Positions 29,725-38,052 of a DNA stretch of 38,052 nt are shown here, piece after piece (the first letter of the stretch is position 1; each line of letters begins with the position of its first letter). Position numbers and translations under genes: made by a program. Origin of the DNA: an uncultured Thalassolituus sp. (GTDB lineage: Bacteria; Pseudomonadota; Gammaproteobacteria; Pseudomonadales; Oceanobacteraceae); contig CAJXIT010000001.1 of NCBI GenBank assembly GCA_913054055.1, positions 1 to 38,052 of the forward strand. Reading direction: 5' to 3'. The notes under the pieces were generated by a model. It had not been told where the DNA came from. It worked only from the letters and a program-made list of their open reading frames with translations, and did not search any database.

Positions 29725-32700
29725 TTATTTTTTACCGGCATTAGCCATAGCTTCAAACTGCTGAGTAAGGAAATTTTCTGTGGTTTTCAAAGTAGCTATT
29801 ATTGAATCATTATAGAGAAAGCTCGCCTTCAACCGGGCTTCAGTAGCAGCGATTCTTGCTTCAAAACTTTCTGTATCCTCATCAAGTGTGACTTGTTGCT
29901 TTTCTAAAGCATCAAACTTCGAGTCAAGTGTCCCGCCATTTGGATCTAGAATATTTTGTAGCAAGTCTTTCAATTGATCTGCAATACCGCTGACATAAGT
30001 GACCGATCCACGAGAACCTAAGTCTCCACCTTCAACCTTTATACGGATTCCGCTTGCTTCATCAATTTCACCATCCTGCGCCTTACCTGTCTCACCATCA
30101 CCCTGCCCTACAGTGAACCCATAAGCCGTAGCAGCTGCAGTATCAATATCTGTGATTTCTACTTTTGAGCTGGCGCCAGTAGAAGCTGAGATAATACCTA
30201 ACGTCCCATAAGCTGCAGATGCGGTGTCATCGGTATAATCCACTTTCACCTCAACGTCAGCATCTTCTAGTGTACTATTTTCATTAATCGCTTTCTGCAT
30301 GGCGGTTGCTAGCTCAGCACCAGTACCATAAGTTTTCTGTGGAATGGTGATGACAGCCTCAATACCATCAACCTCTATGGTAAAGTTTTCATTAGTGGCA
30401 TCGATGACAACAGGGCCAGCTTCAATGGCTGATTGATTAGCCACATAATACCCATTGGTGGCAGCAGCATTACCATTTTGAGCAGTAAGATACTGACCAT
30501 TCCCTTTTGCCTCAACCCCATTAATAGTACCTTCGGTATCTAAGCCAGTAACAATATCATCTTCTGTACCATCTGGTTCATGCATGCCTAAAAATGAAAT
30601 AGCAGACGCATCCAAGGTTGCAAAAGAAACAGTATTGTCATGCCCACCAATATTAAATATTAATTGGCCTTTATCTGTTTCTGTGTCATATTCATATCTC
30701 ACATAAGCCGTAATATCTGACCCAAACTGAATATCAGAATCCATACCGAGCGCATCATAACCCCCATTGTATGTGGTATTTACTCCGGGTAAACCTAAGG
30801 TAGCTTGAGCATTAGCATCGGCTGACTGTATTTCAATAGATGCCGAAGATCCAAACATTGCAGATGTTTTAACACCATCTCGAGAAATGGTTTCAAAATA
30901 TATTTGATCGCTAGCATCTAATTTGGCGACCACATCACCCACTTCAAATTGACCATTATTCAAAATAGATAAATCGAGTGCTTCTTGTACGGCTGTCAAC
31001 GAATCGGTTTTATCTCCACCGCTGACATCAGTATTCACATCCACATTCAACGTTATGCCATCTACTACCAAATCAAAGGTGGCGTTATTAGCGCCGCTAA
31101 AATCAATACCACCCGCAATGACGGCACCGCCGGTTGTATAAGCACCGCGTCCATCGGATACCACTTGAATAAAATCGTCATGGGTTTGACTGGTGGTCAC
31201 CAATTCAAGGCCATTTCCTGTACCTAGCTGTGCGGTGACAACCCCAGGTCCAAAACCGTTTACCACATCATCTAACTTAGCTTGAATATCAGTGATGTTA
31301 TTACCGCTATCAGCGTCCATAACAATGGTTTTTTCGACGCCGTTAACGTTTAAAACAAAGCCTGAGTTCGCCGTTGTAAAATCAATATTGGTGGAAATAT
31401 CACGAGTACCCTCAGTTGTGGTAGCGCCTGAAATTAAAGGAGCTAAATTCGCATCCGCAGCGTCTCGAATATCTGTATTAATCGCCAATTCTAATGCTGT
31501 GGCTAAATCAGCACCCGAATTATAGGTACCTGCAGGTAAACTCACTGTATTGGCGCTATCGGTTCCATTTATCCCTACCTGAAAGTCCACTGTGGAACCA
31601 AACGTTAACCCAGGATCTTTACCGTTTACTTGCAAGCCATCTGTCGCTGAAAGCCCCAATAGAACATCACTGGTATTGGCCCCTACAGCAGTAATTTCAA
31701 TAGAATCTGTAGCGCTTGGATTCGTCGTTTTAAATATTAACTTGTCGTCATCATCAAAGCTGGCGATTACATTGCCATTTAGGGCAGTGGCATCAACAGC
31801 CGTTTGTATGGCTTGAAGCACATCTTTACGATCACCGTAAATCCCATCACTGTTTAAATCTAAACCGTCTGCGTTTAAATTCACGGTAACCGACTCAGCT
31901 GGGCCACTGTTTAAACTTATATCAAAGCTGGCATTGGATGTTGAGAAATTTATCCCTGTTGATTCATCAACTGCTTTAGCAGCTGGTCTAGTTGAGGTAC
32001 CGTATCCATTAAAATATTCAGTATTCAAACCACTTAACGGTGTTCCTTCAAACTCCCCTTCACCTAAATCGGCAAAGCCTAGAGTATTGGCAACATTTGA
32101 GTCCGTAGAGGAAATATACACTTGAGAGCTAGAGCCGTAAGTATTTGAGGTAATAGAAAAAGAAGTCGATGCAGCATCGTATGAAACCGTTGAACTATAT
32201 CCACGATCTTTAAAGTCTTTCGCACTATTAATCTGTAACTGAATTTCCGCAGCTAGGTCATCACCACTGGTATAACTTCCCTGTGTAAGCTGAATAGCCG
32301 CCGTTTTTCCATTTAAATTAACGCTAAAACCATCATTCGCATCATTGATCTCAACCGGAGTCAGAAAATCTAATAAGTTAACAGAGCCCCCCTGATAGAT
32401 ACCCTGTGTTGCCAATTGAGTAATTTCAATATCATACGTACCAGGCTTTGTATTAATGGATTCATTTAAGTAGCTGACTCGGTTATCTGTAGTCATACCT
32501 TGGGTTGCGAACACACCTGAAACCGCTTCTCGGTCCTCATTCAGTCCTTTTAAAAATAGACTACTATCGAACTTTAATTTAAAACTGTCATTTTGATCGC
32601 TATAAATTCCTAGCTCGCTGAATGAACGAAAATTGGTTCCTGTAATACCAGATACTGTACTGGTCATAATACTTCGAACTTGGGTATTGATACTTCGTAA

Positions 32701-33699
32701 AGTGCTGTCACCCAATAATAAACTACCAGTGGCGTCCGTTTCATCAAACGCGGTTAGTTCTTTATAGGTTTCTTGAAACGCATTAAAGGCATCGATCATT
32801 TCATTGATATTTTCAGATATAGCCGTGATATCTGCCCCAACTGTAATCGAAACTTCTTCACCTACATTTGCGCTTTTCAAATTCAAGGTCACCCCATCAA
32901 TTAATTCATCAACGGTATTTGAAGAACGTGTAACTGCTAACCCATTTACATTCAGTAATGCATCTTGTCCCTTCTGGGTTTCAGATAAATTAGTGCCGGG
33001 GGTATCTTGATTTTTATTGTAAGCAAAATTAGCTAGCCCAGTTGTGGCCAATGCACCTGATTCGTCTTTTGCGACAATCTCCATGCTCATGTCTTCGCCA
33101 GTCTCTTCACTGGTCATCTGTAACACATAGCCAGAGCCATCAAAAACAATGCTGGCTTTCACACCAAATTCAGCATCGTTAATGGCATTTCTCAAACCTT
33201 GAAGGGTGTTATTGCCATCATTAATGGTAATGGTTTGAGTTGCTGCGTCTGGGTTTGCAGTGAATGTATCGTATGCACCACCAGGGTCGGTATATGTGGT
33301 CGTACCAAATGTAAAGGTTAATTCACCTTTACCTACCGCTTCAGTGACAGAGGTATACGATTCAGAGACAAGAGAATGAGCTTTTGCGGTTCGTTGAACC
33401 TCCACTGCATACGTACCACTTGGAGCAGATGTTGTGGCAGTGGCTGTTAGTATGGTTTCGTCTGAAGACTCAGCCTTCGTGGCGCCAGCATTGGCATCAT
33501 CGGATAACTTTACAATGGCCTCACTGAAGTCATAAAGCTTACTTTGCACTTCGCCATATGCCGAAATTTTGGCATCAATGGCACTTTGACGAGTATTAAG
33601 GCGCAACTCACCTGCCGCTTTATCAGCATTGATGATATTTTCAACCAGGTCACTGGTTAATAAATCTGAACCAATCCCTAAAGACTCTATTGCTGCCAT
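29725..33699 (-). CDS. fliD: Giant flagellar filament cap protein FliD (1324 aa)
   Basis: FliD N-terminus (IESLGIGS, AKISAYG, GTYAVEV) and FliD_C motifs (QDALLNVNG..TRSSN, LLGDSTLR, SELGI, terminal coiled coil). Lies downstream of fliC-flaG; GGAGG SD. Confidence 0.93.
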   Translation of the reverse strand: MAAIESLGIGSDLLTSDLVENIINADKAAGELRLNTRQSAIDAKISAYGEVQSKLYDFSEAIVKLSDDANAGATKAESSDETILTATATTSAPSGTYAVEVQRTAKAHSLVSESYTSVTEAVGKGELTFTFGTTTYTDPGGAYDTFTANPDAATQTITINDGNNTLQGLRNAINDAEFGVKASIVFDGSGYVLQMTSEETGEDMSMEIVAKDESGALATTGLANFAYNKNQDTPGTNLSETQKGQDALLNVNGLAVTRSSNTVDELIDGVTLNLKSANVGEEVSITVGADITAISENINEMIDAFNAFQETYKELTAFDETDATGSLLLGDSTLRSINTQVRSIMTSTVSGITGTNFRSFSELGIYSDQNDSFKLKFDSSLFLKGLNEDREAVSGVFATQGMTTDNRVSYLNESINTKPGTYDIEITQLATQGIYQGGSVNLLDFLTPVEINDANDGFSVNLNGKTAAIQLTQGSYTSGDDLAAEIQLQINSAKDFKDRGYSSTVSYDAASTSFSITSNTYGSSSQVYISSTDSNVANTLGFADLGEGEFEGTPLSGLNTEYFNGYGTSTRPAAKAVDESTGINFSTSNASFDISLNSGPAESVTVNLNADGLDLNSDGIYGDRKDVLQAIQTAVDATALNGNVIASFDDDDKLIFKTTNPSATDSIEITAVGANTSDVLLGLSATDGLQVNGKDPGLTFGSTVDFQVGINGTDSANTVSLPAGTYNSGADLATALELAINTDIRDAADANLAPLISGATTTEGTRDISTNIDFTTANSGFVLNVNGVEKTIVMDADSGNNITDIQAKLDDVVNGFGPGVVTAQLGTGNGLELVTTSQTHDDFIQVVSDGRGAYTTGGAVIAGGIDFSGANNATFDLVVDGITLNVDVNTDVSGGDKTDSLTAVQEALDLSILNNGQFEVGDVVAKLDASDQIYFETISRDGVKTSAMFGSSASIEIQSADANAQATLGLPGVNTTYNGGYDALGMDSDIQFGSDITAYVRYEYDTETDKGQLIFNIGGHDNTVSFATLDASAISFLGMHEPDGTEDDIVTGLDTEGTINGVEAKGNGQYLTAQNGNAAATNGYYVANQSAIEAGPVVIDATNENFTIEVDGIEAVITIPQKTYGTGAELATAMQKAINENSTLEDADVEVKVDYTDDTASAAYGTLGIISASTGASSKVEITDIDTAAATAYGFTVGQGDGETGKAQDGEIDEASGIRIKVEGGDLGSRGSVTYVSGIADQLKDLLQNILDPNGGTLDSKFDALEKQQVTLDEDTESFEARIAATEARLKASFLYNDSIIATLKTTENFLTQQFEAMANAGKK

Positions 33700-33758
33700 A
33701 TCCCCTCCAAAGCCAACTTTATGCGCTTAATCATCACGCATTAAAACCGATACCACCT

Positions 33759-33785
33759 TTAACGGCAGAATCGGCCAATACTTTA
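33759..33785 (-). promoter_or_regulatory. Sigma28 promoter for fliD
   Basis: Minus strand TAAAGTAT-N11-GCCGTTAA. Confidence 0.8.
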
Positions 33786-33888
33786 GCTTGCCTTATTGCT
33801 AATCTGGTCTAATAACACCCTATAAGATTAGGTGATAAAGCCTAGTTAACAAGCTATATAAATCTTTAATAACTCAGGGTTATTAATA

Positions 33889-33904
33889 TTCAAGAAGCCT
33901 GCCA
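33889..33904 (-). promoter_or_regulatory. Possible sigma54 promoter for fliD (variant -12)
   Basis: Minus strand TGGCAG-gcttc-TTGAA: good -24 and spacing, but GA instead of GC at -12. Confidence 0.4.
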
Positions 33905-33938
33905 CTTGTAAAAGGGTAGCTGTTGCCCGATCACATAT

Positions 33939-33972
33939 AAAAAAACCGCAAAGGCTTCCCTTTACGGTTTTT
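33939..33972 (-). terminator. Intrinsic terminator after fliC-flaG
   Basis: Minus strand AAAAACCGTAAAGG-GAAG-CCTTTGCGGTTTTTTT. Confidence 0.85.
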
Positions 33973-33995
33973 AGTTTTGTAAGAAACTTATCTGA

Positions 33996-34391
33996 TTAAA
34001 CCTGTGCGCTAAAAAGCAACGAAGGCTCCTCGGTATTCAGTTTCTTTGCCATTTCTAAAGCTTGCTCATTCGGGATTTGGCGGACTAACTGGTCCGAACC
34101 TCGATCGTAAACTCTAATAACGGTTTTGCCGCTGTCTTCATCAAGTTGGAAGTCCAAATCTCTTTGAGTTTTTTGTACATACTCATTCAACTTAGACACC
34201 GCCTCTTTTACCTCAACGCTCTTTGCTTCCGCTGCTTCAATAGATTCCTCTTTTGGCAATGAATTGCCGCTTAGTTCTACTGCTGCCGCTTTCGCTTTCA
34301 CATCCGCTTGTTGCTTTTGTGAAGGAACTTGAGGTGCTGAAGAAACCGCCTTAGCCGCTTGACTAATATTTTGTGCGTTTAATTCATTCAT
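33996..34391 (-). CDS. flaG: Flagellar protein FlaG
   Basis: LNEYVQKTQRDLDFQLDEDSG, VRQIPNE, LLFSAQV; between fliC and fliD. Confidence 0.95.
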   Translation of the reverse strand: MNELNAQNISQAAKAVSSAPQVPSQKQQADVKAKAAAVELSGNSLPKEESIEAAEAKSVEVKEAVSKLNEYVQKTQRDLDFQLDEDSGKTVIRVYDRGSDQLVRQIPNEQALEMAKKLNTEEPSLLFSAQV

Positions 34392-34438
34392 AATACACCT
34401 CTCTTAAAATTAGTTTTGCCACTTACTTTCTAAGCGGC

Positions 34439-34466
34439 CAGCAAGAGAGAAAGATCTCTCTTGCTG
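34439..34466 (-). repeat. Perfect 12-bp stem-loop just after the fliC stop (no U tract)
   Basis: CAGCAAGAGAGA-N4-TCTCTCTTGCTG. Confidence 0.7.
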
Positions 34467-34478
34467 TTATCCACTAAC

Positions 34479-37400
34479 TTATCCGAGTAAAGAAAGAACC
34501 TGTTGAGGACCCTGGTTAGCCTGAGACAAGATAGAGATACCTGCCTGTTGCAGTACCTGTGTTCTTGATAGCTCAGCCGTTTCAGCCGCAAAGTCAGCAT
34601 CTTGAATACGAGAGTTTGCAGCACTCAAGTTTTCAGATGTAATGGCTAAGTTGCTTACCGTTGATTCCATGCGGTTTTGAATCGCACCTAAGTCCGCTCG
34701 CTGGCTTGCAATGGAACCGATAGCGTTATCGATTGCAGTTAGAGCAGCTGTTGCACCTTCGAAGGTTGAAATATCAATTTCAGTTAAGAATTGACCACTT
34801 TCACCGCCGCCGAATTTACCAGCTGTAACACCCATGGCTGCAAGTTCGTCCTTACCGCCACTGCTCACACCAATGTCGATCTGCTTGGCTGATTGCAGCG
34901 TTAGAGTGCCGTAGGTAGTTTCGTAAGTTGCACCTTCACTAGCACTGCCTCGGGCACCCACTGTATTTGCAGCGGTTGAAGTACCGATATCCGCCTCACC
35001 GATACCATCTATTGAAGCATCAAGACCAATGAGAGCACCAAAGCCAACACCCTCACCTGCGTTATTGGCCTCATCATTATCAATCGCGACAGAGATGTTT
35101 CGACCATCTTGTGCAATTAAAGTAATGGATTTACCGTTATCTTCTGCAGTTACACCTGTCTGCCCTGACTTCGCGTTGATAGCTGAAATCGTTGCAGTTC
35201 GTGACGCGCTTAAATCAATGCCACCTGTACCATCATCCGCTAGAGAGACAATACCTAAATCAACACCATTGATATAAAGTTTACCTGAGTCACCCGCAGC
35301 ATATTGTGCACCGGCTGCATTCGCTGCAACTGTTGCATCCGTCGTTGTATCACTACCAACCACACGAGTTTCATTCACTAATGCTGTCACACCCGTTTCA
35401 TCTGCAACATCGTTTACCGCTGCTGCAATGGCAATGGCTGAACCAATTTTAGTACTGGTTTGAATACTCGAACCATCAGAAGCAACCGTGGCCGAAGCCG
35501 TATCTTTAAGGGCTTCTGCTGCTGGTACACCTACACCATTAAGTGTTAAATCGCCATCTGTTAAGCCTACTAAAGAGGCTGTGGTTGTGGCGGTTACAGC
35601 ATTACTATCATAAGCACCGGCTAATGTTGCGGCACCTGTTCTGAATGCTGTGGTTGAGAATACTGCTGATTGAGTATCAGTAGCCCAAGCCACAGTGCCT
35701 GAACCTGCCGCTCGGTTAGAAGCAATCGAGATTTCCGAAATATCATCACTGGTAATATTGGTTTCATTAATATAACCAACGGATACCACACCCACAGAGC
35801 TAGACGCTTGAACACCAGACAAGGTGCCACTTTCAGCTACTGTTTGAATGTTCACAGCGTAACTGCCGCCTGTATCCAGCGTTTTAAGCGTACGGCCACT
35901 AACATCTGTCACCACTAAGTTGGCACCACCTGCCGTATGGTACGTGGCCACAAGACCTGAACTGGCTGCATTAATTTGAGCGCCGATATCCTCTAAGGTT
36001 GTTGTACTGTTAAAGCTAATCGTTTGAACCAGCTCGCCCGCAGAAGAACCTGCTGCGTAAATACTGAAAGAACCAGAAGACGCTGCGGCACCTGACGTAA
36101 AGCCAGTTAACACCATTTTAGTTTCAGCTGATGCCTCAATACCATCAATTGAGTTAAGGCCTGCTGCTAATGCATCTGCACCAAAACCTGTTGCATTACC
36201 TGAAGTACCAATCATGGTTACAACCGATGCCGTACCACCGATATTTACAGTCTGGCCACCAGCAGTAACCGTAATTACTTCACTAGCCGCCGTGTTAGAC
36301 ATACCAAACGCCGTGGCAGCTGACGCAGCACCCGCTGTACCTGCCGCTAACTGTTTACCCAGCGTCGCAATACCTGAAGTCGCTGTTGAGAAATCACTAG
36401 CAAAAGTGACACCATCAGTTTCTGACACAGTATTCGTGGTTACTTGTGCTTGAGTGGTTGAATAAGTACCTACACTCAAACCTGCATTAGCAATATCGCC
36501 ATTACCGGTACCATCACCACCAGCGATCACAACTTCAGATACGTCACCATCTGCTACTAAAGTGAAACCACCTTGATAAGTATTACCACCATTTGCCTCT
36601 AATGCACGAGTTGCTGATAAACCACTACTAGTATTAGTATCAAACGAAAGTCCGGTATTTTGGGCAATTGTATCGATCTGAGCCGCTGTTGTTGCCCCCC
36701 AATCAGTACCAAGTGAAATGGTAATGTTGCGACCATCTTCTGCAACTAGCGAAACACCGCCTGAGTCTGAATCACTGTCTATTGCCATGACTCCGGTTTG
36801 ATCGGAAACAGCATTAATTGCTGCAACCACACCTGCACGAGTACCAGCCTCATCAGTCGTTGCGGTAACAGCAATATCAACACCATTTATTTGCACCGTA
36901 CCGTTTGTATTGGTGGTACCCGCCACCATCTCATTACCGGCAAGGGTGTTTTCATTGGCAACCGCTTTTACACCTGTTTCATCGTATTCACGGTTAATGG
37001 CTTCAACCTTAGCAATAGCACTGGTATCTGCATCTTTAAAAGAGAACGCATCGTCCTCAGCTTTGGATGGCTTAATATCCGTACCATTTATAATTAAATC
37101 GCCATTACCTAACGCATTTGCAGAACCTTGTGAGCTAATGCCCACTGCATCCGATGCACCGAGTTTATCTGATGTTAATTCTGCAATGGAAATATCAAGG
37201 GTTTGACCGGCATTGGCACCGATTTGAAAGGTAGCATTGAATGAACCATCTAGCAGTTTACGTCCGTTAAAGTCGGTTTCATCTGCTGTTCGAGATACTT
37301 CTGATAATAATTGCTCAACCTCAGCTTGTAATGCGTCACGGTCGACATCTGAGTTGGTGGCGTTGGCAGACTGTACGGCTAGTTCACGTACACGCTGCAA

Positions 37401-37664
37401 GTTATCATTCATGGAGCCCAGGGCACCCTCTGCTGTTTGTGCTAGAGAGATACCATCACCCGCGTTTCGAACGGCTACATTTAAGCCTCGAATTTGAGAA
37501 TTGAAACGGGTCGAAATGGCTAGACCTGCCGCATCATCTTTTGCACTGTTAATACGTAGACCAGAAGATAAACGCTGCAATGACGTTTGGTTAGCCGCTT
37601 GAGACTTGTTTAAGTTACGTTGCGCATTTAATGACGCAATATTCGTATTAATAATTTGAGGCAT
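34479..37664 (-). CDS. fliC: Giant flagellin (1061 aa)
   Basis: Canonical termini (INTNIASLNAQRNL, RLSSGLRINSAKDDAAG, LQRVRELAVQ; RADLGAIQNR, SRIQDADFAAE, QQVLSLL) flanking a ~800-aa variable region. Confidence 0.98.
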   Translation of the reverse strand: MPQIINTNIASLNAQRNLNKSQAANQTSLQRLSSGLRINSAKDDAAGLAISTRFNSQIRGLNVAVRNAGDGISLAQTAEGALGSMNDNLQRVRELAVQSANATNSDVDRDALQAEVEQLLSEVSRTADETDFNGRKLLDGSFNATFQIGANAGQTLDISIAELTSDKLGASDAVGISSQGSANALGNGDLIINGTDIKPSKAEDDAFSFKDADTSAIAKVEAINREYDETGVKAVANENTLAGNEMVAGTTNTNGTVQINGVDIAVTATTDEAGTRAGVVAAINAVSDQTGVMAIDSDSDSGGVSLVAEDGRNITISLGTDWGATTAAQIDTIAQNTGLSFDTNTSSGLSATRALEANGGNTYQGGFTLVADGDVSEVVIAGGDGTGNGDIANAGLSVGTYSTTQAQVTTNTVSETDGVTFASDFSTATSGIATLGKQLAAGTAGAASAATAFGMSNTAASEVITVTAGGQTVNIGGTASVVTMIGTSGNATGFGADALAAGLNSIDGIEASAETKMVLTGFTSGAAASSGSFSIYAAGSSAGELVQTISFNSTTTLEDIGAQINAASSGLVATYHTAGGANLVVTDVSGRTLKTLDTGGSYAVNIQTVAESGTLSGVQASSSVGVVSVGYINETNITSDDISEISIASNRAAGSGTVAWATDTQSAVFSTTAFRTGAATLAGAYDSNAVTATTTASLVGLTDGDLTLNGVGVPAAEALKDTASATVASDGSSIQTSTKIGSAIAIAAAVNDVADETGVTALVNETRVVGSDTTTDATVAANAAGAQYAAGDSGKLYINGVDLGIVSLADDGTGGIDLSASRTATISAINAKSGQTGVTAEDNGKSITLIAQDGRNISVAIDNDEANNAGEGVGFGALIGLDASIDGIGEADIGTSTAANTVGARGSASEGATYETTYGTLTLQSAKQIDIGVSSGGKDELAAMGVTAGKFGGGESGQFLTEIDISTFEGATAALTAIDNAIGSIASQRADLGAIQNRMESTVSNLAITSENLSAANSRIQDADFAAETAELSRTQVLQQAGISILSQANQGPQQVLSLLG

Positions 37665-37734
37665 ATTGCTCTCCCTACATTATGAGTCTGAAGGCAGATC
37701 TACTCTCAGACTGCCAAAATTACTTACATAGTGT

Positions 37735-37761
37735 TTAACGGCATAGATTAGAAATACTGAA
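37735..37761 (-). promoter_or_regulatory. Sigma28 promoter for fliC
   Basis: Minus strand TTCAGTAT-N11-GCCGTTAA; same -10 and AGTAT as the fliD promoter. Confidence 0.7.
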
Positions 37762-37869
37762 GAGGGTCTTAATACATAAATGCTATTTAAATACAGCTGT
37801 ATATAACAAATACAAATATAACTATGGTAAGGAGATTGCATATTGAATGTATCTAAAAGGATTCAGTCA

Positions 37870-38052
37870 ATGACCACACATAAAATTCCGAAAATACTTG
37901 AAGACTTATATTTAAAAAATCTTAGTTTTTTCAAAAATCAAAACCCTCAAATTCATGAAATACTCTCCAATACAAAACCCGATCACAGTAAGATCATCAT
38001 CACTGAAAATGGCGAAATTGACCTTAATTATAATAACAAGAACATATATGGC
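37870..38052 (+). CDS. 5' end of a probable motility-associated factor (Maf/DUF115) flagellin glycosyltransferase (partial)
   Basis: Not in the ORF track. Open 61 codons MTTHKIPKILEDLYLKNLSFFKNQNPQIHEIL...GEIDLNYNNKNIYG. The 'KNL.FF....P.I' pattern resembles Maf N-termini and it is adjacent to flagellin. An in-frame TTG at 37843 also has an SD. Confidence 0.55.
   Translation, partial: MTTHKIPKILEDLYLKNLSFFKNQNPQIHEILSNTKPDHSKIIITENGEIDLNYNNKNIYG

Noticed and set aside
34430-34624. 64-aa alternate-frame ORF spanning the fliC end
   Set aside because: Out-of-frame overlap with the conserved flagellin C-terminus; fliC terminates normally.
30985-37497. Multiple short + strand ORFs within fliD and fliC
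   Set aside because: Antisense shadows expected from biased Ala/Gly/Thr/Ser codon usage; no independent evidence of expression.
1-38052. CRISPR arrays, tRNA/rRNA genes, IS/prophage or defence systems
   Set aside because: No repeat-spacer pattern, RNA-gene signature, transposase, integrase or nuclease ORF seen by eye; intergenic gaps are short and largely explained.

Overview
Chromosomal window of a marine gammaproteobacterium. The Pseudomonas-like gene order plus a giant flagellin suggest Oceanospirillaceae, e.g. a Bermanella-like organism (inference only). About 1-22.3 kb is conserved housekeeping synteny: tsaB(partial)-uppP-rsmJ, cysM-rlmD-relA-mazG, gacS/barA, rpoE-rseABC-mucD-lepA-DUF4845-rnc-era-recO-pdxJ-acpS and nadB. 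This block has two anomalies. rpoE/algU is split by a 2-nt insertion. lepB is absent, and the lepA-DUF4845 gap instead holds a perfect LexA-type palindrome. 22.4-24.9 kb carries three membrane-protein genes (hypothetical, DUF898/YjgN, M48 peptidase). 25-38 kb is an unusual flagellar filament locus: fleQ without downstream fleSR, fliS, an inverted sigma54-driven TPR/SAM-methyltransferase between fliD and fliS, a 1324-aa FliD with a ~840-aa repetitive insertion, flaG, a 1061-aa flagellin with a duplicated internal module, and the start of a probable Maf-type glycosyltransferase. Sigma28, sigma54, sigmaE, CRP/Vfr and FleQ-type sites are readable directly. No tRNA, rRNA, CRISPR or IS element was seen.
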